Source: Gammaproteobacteria bacterium (lineage in GTDB: Bacteria > Pseudomonadota > Gammaproteobacteria > Eutrophobiales > Eutrophobiaceae). From it: a stretch of DNA of 64,000 bases. A program made the translations under genes and the position numbers. Positions 17,814 to 25,190 of this stretch are shown here, piece by piece. Location: assembly GCA_965221335.1 (NCBI GenBank), contig CBDCSC010000006.1:199570-263569 (forward strand), in the 5' to 3' direction. The notes beneath the pieces are model-generated. The model was not told the DNA's origin. It saw only the letters and a program-made list of their open reading frames with translations, and did no database searches. The stretch's first letter is position 1. Each line of letters begins with the position of its first letter.

Positions 17814-20083
17814 ACCGGGACAACGCACCGGTTTTCAAGGACCTGGTCCTGGTTGGTGGAGGCCACGCCCATGTCACGGTATTGAAAAAGTTTGCAATGA
17901 AACCGGTGCCCGGGGTGCGCATTACCCTGGTTTGCCGGGACTTGCAGGCGCCTTACTCCGGCATGTTGCCGGGATATATAGCCGGGCATTACCTATTTGA
18001 CGACGCGCATATCGACCTGGTTCCGCTGTGCCGATTTGCCCGCGCCCGGTTTTTCCACGATGAAGTCATCGGTCTGGATACGGATAACAGGAAACTGATC
18101 TGCCGCAGCCGGCCGTACCTGGGTTATGATATTTTGTCGATTAACGTCGGCTCAGCGCCCGATATCGCCGCAGTCCCCGGCGCTGACGGCAAGGTTATTC
18201 CCGTAAAACCCATTGATGGTTTCGTCGGTAACTGGCGCAAACTGTGTGCGCGAATGTTGCAGCGTCAAAATGGCGCGCGCATCGGTATCGTCGGCGGCGG
18301 GGCAGGCGGCGTCGAACTGGCGCTTGCAGTTCAATACCGGCTGAAAGCATTACTGGCCGGGAAATGGCCGGATAATACAAGTCCTGAATTTCACTTGTTT
18401 ACCGATGCCGGCGAGGTCCTTACAACACATAACCGCAATGTGCGCGCCAAGTTCCGGCGCGTGCTTAACGAGCGGAACATTCACGTACATACAGGGCACG
18501 AGGTGACCGAAGTCAGGGCCGGTGTGCTGCAATGTGCAAACGGCGCTACTTTTCAACTGGATGAGATCCTGTGGGTGACCAGGGCCCGCGCCCAGGACTG
18601 GCCGGGGCAGGCCGGATTGGATGTTGATGAACAGGGCTTTATCAAAGTCAACAATACTCTCGAGTCCGTCTCGCATCCCGGCATCTTTGCGGCCGGCGAT
18701 ATCGCGCATATGATTAACCATCCCCGGCCCAAGTCCGGTGTATTTGCCGTGCGCCAGGGAGCGCCGCTGTCACTGAATCTCCGCAACAGGTTGTTAAATC
18801 GCTCCCTCAAACCCTATTTTCCCCAGAGAGAGTTTCTGAGCCTGATTTCCACGGGTGATCAGTATGCCATCGCCTCACGCTCCTGGTGGGCGCTGGAAGG
18901 GCGCTGGGTGTGGCGCTGGAAGGACTGGATTGATCGCCGCTTCATGCGCAAGTACAACCGGCTTCCGGAAATGAAGGAGCCGGCACGGCGGGATATTCCC
19001 CGCGGCGTAGCCGATAAGGATGCGATCAGGGAGATATCCGCCATTGCGATGCGCTGTGGCGGGTGTGGCGCCAAGGTGGGCGCGACAGTGCTTGAAAATG
19101 CATTGGCTGGCCTTGAGCCGATCTCCCGGGACGATGTGCTTATCGGGTTGCACGAACCTGATGACGCCGCCGTGGCGAGTGTGCCGGCAGGCAAGGCAAT
19201 AGTGCATACGGTCGATGCCTTCCGTTCGTTTATCGATGATCCGTACATCTTCGGACAGGTGGCGGCCAATCATGCGCTGAGCGATTTATTTGCGATGGGC
19301 GCACAGCCGCAAACGGCGCTGGCAATCGTGACCGTTCCCTACGCGGACGAAAAGAAGCTTGAAGAGCTGCTGTCGCACCTGCTGCAAGGCGCTCTCAAGG
19401 CGCTGAACGGGGCTGGCGCGGCGCTGGTAGGCGGGCATACCTCCGAAGGCGAGGAACTGTCCCTGGGATTCGCCGTGAACGGGTTGGTTGATCGGGAGCA
19501 GATCCTGCGCAAACGCGGCCTGCGTGCCGGCGACAGAATAGTGCTGACCAAGCCCATCGGCACCGGGACACTGTTTGCCGCCGATATGCGGCACAAGGCT
19601 AAAGGCGCTTGGATTGCGGCCGCGCTGGACTGTATGCTGCAATCAAACCGGGAAGCCGCCAAGCGCCTGTTTGACCATGGCGCCGCGGCCTGTACGGACG
19701 TCACCGGATTCGGCCTGTTGGGACACCTGGTGGAAATGATCAAGCCATCTGGCGTCGATGTCGAGATTGACCTGGGCGCGATTCCGTGTCTTGATGGCGC
19801 TGAAGAGACGATTGCAGCCGGCATCTTCAGTTCCCTGCAGCCCCAGAACCTGCGACTGCGCCGGGCGATACGTGACGCTGAGAACGTATCAAAAGATACG
19901 CGCTACCCGTTGATATTTGACCCGCAAACATCCGGCGGACTGCTTGCCGGCGTTCCTGCAGAACAGGCCGAAGCCTGTGTTACCGCGCTACGTGAATTGG
20001 GCTATGCCCAAACTGCAATTATCGGCAGGGTATTGCCTGAGAGTAATAGGCTGGAACCGGTTAGGCTCGTCAGGAAGTCATAG
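17783..20083 (+). CDS. selD: Fusion protein: FAD/NAD(P)-dependent pyridine nucleotide-disulfide oxidoreductase (N-terminal) + selenide,water dikinase SelD (C-terminal). It is the candidate selenophosphate supplier (SenC role) for the adjacent senB/senA.
   Basis: The N-terminal domain has the Rossmann motifs DLVLVGGGHAHV and IGIVGGGAGGVELA plus FAAGDIA. The C-terminal domain has the SelD active-site loop MRCGGCGAKVG (the Cys form, not Sec) and AIR-synthase-like blocks (DDAAV, GGHT.EG). The start is uncertain: GTG at 17783, or GTG at 17810 overlapping the soxG stop as GTGA. Confidence 0.88.
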   Translation: MFSLGLVTHVNRDNAPVFKDLVLVGGGHAHVTVLKKFAMKPVPGVRITLVCRDLQAPYSGMLPGYIAGHYLFDDAHIDLVPLCRFARARFFHDEVIGLDTDNRKLICRSRPYLGYDILSINVGSAPDIAAVPGADGKVIPVKPIDGFVGNWRKLCARMLQRQNGARIGIVGGGAGGVELALAVQYRLKALLAGKWPDNTSPEFHLFTDAGEVLTTHNRNVRAKFRRVLNERNIHVHTGHEVTEVRAGVLQCANGATFQLDEILWVTRARAQDWPGQAGLDVDEQGFIKVNNTLESVSHPGIFAAGDIAHMINHPRPKSGVFAVRQGAPLSLNLRNRLLNRSLKPYFPQREFLSLISTGDQYAIASRSWWALEGRWVWRWKDWIDRRFMRKYNRLPEMKEPARRDIPRGVADKDAIREISAIAMRCGGCGAKVGATVLENALAGLEPISRDDVLIGLHEPDDAAVASVPAGKAIVHTVDAFRSFIDDPYIFGQVAANHALSDLFAMGAQPQTALAIVTVPYADEKKLEELLSHLLQGALKALNGAGAALVGGHTSEGEELSLGFAVNGLVDREQILRKRGLRAGDRIVLTKPIGTGTLFAADMRHKAKGAWIAAALDCMLQSNREAAKRLFDHGAAACTDVTGFGLLGHLVEMIKPSGVDVEIDLGAIPCLDGAEETIAAGIFSSLQPQNLRLRRAIRDAENVSKDTRYPLIFDPQTSGGLLAGVPAEQAEACVTALRELGYAQTAIIGRVLPESNRLEPVRLVRKS

Positions 20084-21028
20084 ATTATCCAGTAGGGCCT
20101 GCCACAACTTGCTTTCGCGTTCCGGGGTGAACAAGTGTTTGCGTTTGCTTCCGTGCTCGCGCAGATGTTGCAGGAATTCTTGCTCGTTTTCCGCCCGCTG
20201 TAACAACGCGCATAATGTTTCGGTGTCTGTTACCGGATAATAACCGGGATAATCGTCGCCGAGCAGGCCGGTATTGCCGTCGATCGCGGAGGCAATCACG
20301 GGAACGCCTGCGACCAGGGCTTCGGAAATGACATTCGCGCCGCCTTCCATGGTTGAGCTGTGAACCAGTGCATGGGTCTTCAGAAACTGCTCTCTGACCT
20401 GCCAGGCGCTGACCTCGCCGCGCCAATGATAACGGGGATTGATTGCCATCTCCGCGCGCGCCCGTGCAGCCCATTCAGCATTTTGCGCGTTGCCAAGATG
20501 GATTACCCGCAGGCGTGACCGTTGTGCAAGATTGCGCGCGGCGTAAGCGGTTCTGAACGGGTCTTTCTCTGCGCGTAAATGGCCGATAACGCAGACGTCG
20601 AACGTGCGTACTGAGGGACGGCGCGGGCGCGCCGGCGGCGTTGCCGATTGATGGATAACATGCAGCTTGTCGTGGAATGATGCCGGGAGCGCCCGGTGTG
20701 CAAGGTCATGCAGGCAGACCAGTGCATCGGCGGTCTGCATCGAACCCAGGGTTTCCTTCGCGTGACTGTATTGGAAGCGATAAATATCCGTTCCGGTCAG
20801 CGCAACCACCAGCGGGCGGGTCGGATAGCGCGTACGAAAGCGCGCGATCGAAGTGGCGCTACGCCAGGCATGCAATGCCACCATCATATCTCCAGGCATC
20901 CCATCCCAGTCGGATTGCACTGTTACCCTGTGGCCAATACCTCGCAGCAGTCGCGCCCAACGCGTTGCGGTCACGCGATTGCCCGTCTTCGATTGTTTTG
21001 TTGCGGGCGTGATCAGGATAATTTTCAT
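20078..21028 (-). CDS. senB: GT-B glycosyltransferase of the SelD-associated family (selenosugar synthase SenB-like)
   Basis: 316 aa. The N terminus MKIILITPA...KTGNRVTATRWA..LR..GH.V and HAWRSA match my memory of the SenB (TIGR04348-type) family. The C-terminal EGGANVISEALVAGVPVIAS block is the GT-B donor-binding motif. The gene sits between a SelD fusion and an EgtB-like gene. Confidence 0.75.
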   Translation of the reverse strand: MKIILITPATKQSKTGNRVTATRWARLLRGIGHRVTVQSDWDGMPGDMMVALHAWRSATSIARFRTRYPTRPLVVALTGTDIYRFQYSHAKETLGSMQTADALVCLHDLAHRALPASFHDKLHVIHQSATPPARPRRPSVRTFDVCVIGHLRAEKDPFRTAYAARNLAQRSRLRVIHLGNAQNAEWAARARAEMAINPRYHWRGEVSAWQVREQFLKTHALVHSSTMEGGANVISEALVAGVPVIASAIDGNTGLLGDDYPGYYPVTDTETLCALLQRAENEQEFLQHLREHGSKRKHLFTPERESKLWQALLDNL

Positions 21029-21143
21029 CCGCTACGCACTGTCTGATGGCATTATTGTCAACAGGTTATCATAACTCCTCGGCAGTAACTCTCTATCCTG
21101 CGATGAAGCGAATTGGTGACTGCTTCGGCTTGAGCTACAATAA

Positions 21144-22454
21144 ATGGCGATGCAACAGCTAAGCGGCAAATATTTAAAGGAAATCATGCTGGATGCCCAT
21201 CAGCGTACGCTGGAGTTGATCGCCGGCCTGGATGACGCGCAGTTGATGGGGCCAAAGTTGCCCATCGTCAATCCGTTGCGCTGGGAAATAGGGCATGTTG
21301 CCTGGTTTCATGAAAAGTTTATCTTACGCGATTTGTATGATTGCCCGCCGTTGCTGGCAAATGGTGATTCCCTCTATGATTCCATCGCCATCGATCACGA
21401 TCAGCGCTGGGATTTACCGTTGTTGAGCATGCGGGAGACGCTGGACTATATAGGGAACGTCCTGGGCCACTGCCTGGCGCGGTTGCCGGATGGCGCGGCA
21501 GACCCGGAACAGAGTTATATCTACCGGTTTTCCACCTACCACGAGGACATGCATACCGAGGCCTATTGCTGGTCGCGCCAGACCCTGGCCTACCCGCAGC
21601 CCGCTTTTGCCGCTGCGGGCAAACCGGAGGATGCAGGCGCCGGGGCCTGGTCTGGGGATGTGGCGATCCCTGGCGGGGTGTTTTCTCCGGGCGCCGTGGA
21701 AGCGACGCCGTTTGTGTTTGATAACGAGAAATGGGCGCACAAGACAACCCTGGAGCCGTTTCATATTGCAAAAGCGCCGGTGACCAATGCCGAGTTCATG
21801 GAATTTGTCGCTGCCGGGGGCTACCTGTGCCGGGAGTTCTGGAGTGATGCAGGCTGGTCCTGGCGCGAGCAAGCTGACGCCCGGCATCCCGTATACTGGC
21901 AGAACGGCGGCAAGGATGCGTGGCGGCTGAGGTGGTTTGATGACGTCGGGGAGCTGCCGCCGCATCAGCCTGTTATCCATGTCAACTGGCATGAGGCCAA
22001 TGCGTACTGCCGTTGGGCAGGCAGGCGTTTGCCGACGGAAGCGGAGTGGGAAGCGGCGGCGTTGGGCGAACCTGCCGATGACCACAGCAGGCTTGCTTTG
22101 AAGAAACGCAGTTACCCGTGGGGGGAACAACCTCCTGGTGAACTTCATGCCAATCTTGATGGCCGGGCGCTGGGCTGTGTCGATGTCGCAGCCCTGCCGG
22201 CGGGGGACAGCGCGTTCGGCTGCCGGCAGATGCTAGGCAACGTATGGGAATGGACTGCATCCACGTTTGCGCCGTTCCCGGGCTTTTCGCCGGATGCCTA
22301 CAAAGAATATTCCGAACCGCTGTTTTATCACACGAAAGTATTGAAGGGTGGCGCCTGGGCTACCCGGAGCCGGATGATAACAGGCCGCTACCGTAACTTT
22401 TTCACGCCTGACCGGCGCGATGTGCTCGCGGGTTTCAGAACCTGCGCTCTTTAG
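21144..22454 (+). CDS. senA: EgtB-like C-S/C-Se bond-forming synthase (DinB-like domain + FGE-sulfatase/SUMF1 domain); selenoneine synthase SenA-like by context
   Basis: 436 aa. It has three-His iron-site candidates (EIGHVAWFHE; YHEDMHTE) and FGE-domain blocks (HVNWHEANAYCRWAGRRLPTEAEWE, GNVWEWT, KGGAW). It is divergent from senB and lies 2 nt upstream of selA. Confidence 0.78.
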   Translation: MAMQQLSGKYLKEIMLDAHQRTLELIAGLDDAQLMGPKLPIVNPLRWEIGHVAWFHEKFILRDLYDCPPLLANGDSLYDSIAIDHDQRWDLPLLSMRETLDYIGNVLGHCLARLPDGAADPEQSYIYRFSTYHEDMHTEAYCWSRQTLAYPQPAFAAAGKPEDAGAGAWSGDVAIPGGVFSPGAVEATPFVFDNEKWAHKTTLEPFHIAKAPVTNAEFMEFVAAGGYLCREFWSDAGWSWREQADARHPVYWQNGGKDAWRLRWFDDVGELPPHQPVIHVNWHEANAYCRWAGRRLPTEAEWEAAALGEPADDHSRLALKKRSYPWGEQPPGELHANLDGRALGCVDVAALPAGDSAFGCRQMLGNVWEWTASTFAPFPGFSPDAYKEYSEPLFYHTKVLKGGAWATRSRMITGRYRNFFTPDRRDVLAGFRTCAL

Positions 22455-22456
22455 CA

Positions 22457-23917
22457 ATGGGCATAAATATCCGGAGTTTGAGACGCCTGCCATCCGTGGA
22501 TCGCGTGCTGCGGGAAGCGTCTGATTTGGTCGAGCGTTGGGGACATGAGCGGGTGGCTGTTGCGATACGCAATACGCTAGAGCAGGTGCGCGCAAACATG
22601 GAAGAATTCGCTGCTCTCGACAAGTCAGCGCTATTGGAGCAAGTCGTTTCCATACTGGCGTGCAGGCTGGAACAGGAGTCCGCGGGCAGCCTGGTCAGTG
22701 TGTTCAACCTGACCGGCACCGTCCTGCATACCAACCTGGGCCGCGCGGTACTGCCGCGCGCGGCGCTGGACAACGCGCTGGCCTTGGCCCAGACACCGGT
22801 AAACCTGGAATTTGACCTGGAGAGCGGCACGCGCGGAGATCGCGATGAGCATATCGAACCACTGATCTGCGAACTCTGCGGGGTGGAAGCGGCAACCGTG
22901 GTGAACAACAATGCCGCCGCAGTATTACTGGTATTGAATACTTTGGCTAAAGGCCGGGAGGTTCCGGTCTCACGCGGCGAACTGGTCGAGATTGGCGGTT
23001 CTTTTCGCATCCCGGATATCATGCAGGGTTCAGGCTGTGCGCTGGTTGAGGTCGGTACGACCAACCGTACCCATTTGCAGGACTACCACAATGCGATCAA
23101 TGACAGGACGGCGTTGTTGTTAAAAGTTCATGCCAGTAACTATCAGATCCGCGGGTTTACCCATAGTGTTCCCGAGAAAGAGTTGGCTCAACTGGCCCAC
23201 CAGCGCGGGTTGCCGCTGGTTGTCGACCTGGGTAGCGGTAATCTGATCGACTTTGCCGCCTTCAACCTGCCTGATGAGCCTACGGTCGCGCAAGCGCTGA
23301 AGAGTGGCGCCGATATTGTAACCTTCAGTGGAGACAAGCTGTTGGGCGGTCCCCAATGCGGCATAATCGCCGGCGAACACGCATTGATCGCCAGGATGAA
23401 GAACAATCCGCTGAAACGCGCGCTAAGGGTTGACAAGATAACCCTGGCTGTCCTGTCAGAGGTGTTGAAACTCTATCAAAACCCCGCGCGGCTTGCACAG
23501 GATCTGCCGGCTCTGGCCGCGCTGACACGTCCACCGGATGCTATCCGCGCCCAGGCTGAGCGGATCGCCCCTGCGCTCGCGGACGCGCTGGCGCCGCGTT
23601 ATCAAGTCGAGGTCTGCGAATGTCACAGCCAGGTTGGCAGCGGTGCGCTGCCGATTGATACACTGGCAAGTTACGGGTTAAGGATCAGCGCGGTGGAAGA
23701 GTCGGATGAAGCGATCAGACTGCTGGCGGCATCCATGCGCCGTCTGCCCACACCGGTCATAGGCCGGATCAACCAACGCGCTTATTTCCTGGATCTGCGC
23801 TGCCTGGACCGGGAGGAAGAGTTTATTTCCCAGTTACGGAGTACTGGTACTGGTCTCCCGGATCATCTTCCGGAACATGCGCACGCCGACAAGTTTGAGC
23901 ATCAGTTTTTGGAATAG
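22457..23917 (+). CDS. selA: L-seryl-tRNA(Sec) selenium transferase
   Basis: 486 aa. Blocks: LPSVDRVL, VFNLTGTVLHTNLGRA, NLEFDLE.G.RG.R, VVNNNAAAVLL.LN, SRGELVEIGGSFRIPDIM, and the PLP-lysine block FSGDKLLGGPQ. Confidence 0.93.
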   Translation: MGINIRSLRRLPSVDRVLREASDLVERWGHERVAVAIRNTLEQVRANMEEFAALDKSALLEQVVSILACRLEQESAGSLVSVFNLTGTVLHTNLGRAVLPRAALDNALALAQTPVNLEFDLESGTRGDRDEHIEPLICELCGVEAATVVNNNAAAVLLVLNTLAKGREVPVSRGELVEIGGSFRIPDIMQGSGCALVEVGTTNRTHLQDYHNAINDRTALLLKVHASNYQIRGFTHSVPEKELAQLAHQRGLPLVVDLGSGNLIDFAAFNLPDEPTVAQALKSGADIVTFSGDKLLGGPQCGIIAGEHALIARMKNNPLKRALRVDKITLAVLSEVLKLYQNPARLAQDLPALAALTRPPDAIRAQAERIAPALADALAPRYQVEVCECHSQVGSGALPIDTLASYGLRISAVEESDEAIRLLAASMRRLPTPVIGRINQRAYFLDLRCLDREEEFISQLRSTGTGLPDHLPEHAHADKFEHQFLE

Positions 23918-25039
23918 GGATGGGGGCGTTGAGTTGGCTGCGGAGACATATCGGTTTATGCCGAGTTGCTCGCACAGGTCTTCGGACATGACCTGCATCG
24001 GCCCGTCCGACGGGATGCCGGTCGCATCGGCGATGCGCACCATGCGCTGAAAGTTCGATACCACCCCCGCAGCGTCGATCATCGCCGCCGAACCCATCTT
24101 ATCCGACAAAGTCTGGCGCGCGCGGTCCAGTTCAAAGCCGTCGACGCCCATGCAGGCATTCGCGAACTGCAGCAGTTCCTGGGAATCCGGTATACCCTTG
24201 ATCTCGGTGCAGGCGGGATCAGTGAGGCCATCGAAGTCGATGGACCCGCCTGTCAGCCTGACGCTCTCACGGAGCATCACCACATGTGAGGAAGTTCAGT
24301 AAAAACAGCCGTTCAGCGCAGATACCCGGGCGGCCACAATCTCGGTCTGGGGACGGGTCAGGGTTCCCTGCGGCGGCCTGGTCATATTCCAGACCTCGTG
24401 CACATCCAGGTAATGCGCGTCGGACTGCTCAAGCAGGTTGCGGACTTCGTCAGGAACCAGGCTCATGGCTCTGATCACATAGCCGCGCATGTCGCCTTCC
24501 CACAGGTCCGCATCCGGCCCGCTATCGACCCGCGTCGGCAGTATCGGCACCCAGGCGCCCTCGTGGGATACATTGGCCGGACGGTAGCGGCTGGGTTCGC
24601 CCGGTTGCGGATCCGGCAGTTCATTCAAAGGCAGGCCCAGGCAACGGCAGAACTCGTCGATGGAGAACACCGAGACCAGTGTGCCGATGATCTCAATATA
24701 TTTTTCTTCGCTGAGACCCTGTTGCATGATCCCGTCGAACCAGGATTTCGTCAGGCGCGCCGAGTCGGTGGTGACCCGGTGGATCACTTCGATTACGACA
24801 TCCGGAAGATCGGTGACGGTGTCATGGGCGCCGTCAACCGTGTAAGGTGACAACGATTCCTTGCGCCGGCTGCACAGTCTGCACTGTAGCGCCTGGCGTA
24901 TTTCCCTGGCAATGTCAACACGCTCAGCGCCGGTGAACCAGGTACCCGGCGCGGCTAGCCGCTGCCAGTAACGATTGTGGCAGGCGGCAAAGTCTGCGCG
25001 TACCGGCCAGGGGGCGTTGCTGTAGTTGATCTCAGTCAC
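23834..25039 (-). CDS. AhpD-like (carboxymuconolactone decarboxylase family) two-domain protein with an in-frame UGA at 24296-24298, predicted to encode selenocysteine; the read-through product is 401 aa
   Basis: ORF-track entries 24296..25039 and 23834..24283 are in the same frame and separated only by TGA plus 4 sense codons. Reading through gives ...SALNGCFY-U-TSSHVVML..., i.e. C-x-x-U-x-x-x-H, which matches the AhpD/CMD C-x-x-C-x-x-x-H redox motif. selA and selD are adjacent. Confidence 0.75.
24266..24290 (-). promoter_or_regulatory. Candidate bacterial SECIS-like hairpin, starting at the ninth nucleotide counted from the U of the UGA codon
   Basis: On the mRNA, CUCAC (nt 9-13 counted from the U of UGA) can pair with GUGAG (nt 29-33). 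The apical region contains GGUGAUG. This was folded by eye only. Confidence 0.35.
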
Positions 25040-25190
25040 TGCCCACTATTCTCAATAATTTTGCAGGTAACGTCAATGCAATTTTGCCGGTAAGTGATAC
25101 TATTCCTGCCCTTGCTAGGATATTGCCCGGAGTGAACTGGTGTAATATCGAGGCAATTTTAGGCAATACTTGAAGACGGGATATTCAATC

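Noticed and set aside
20084-25190. I looked for tRNA-Sec (selC) or selB near selA/selD.
   Set aside because: The short intergenic regions (21029-21143 and 25040-25190) show no cloverleaf-like sequence with a UCA anticodon loop. No EF-Tu-like GTPase ORF is present. These genes must lie outside the window if the Sec system is complete.
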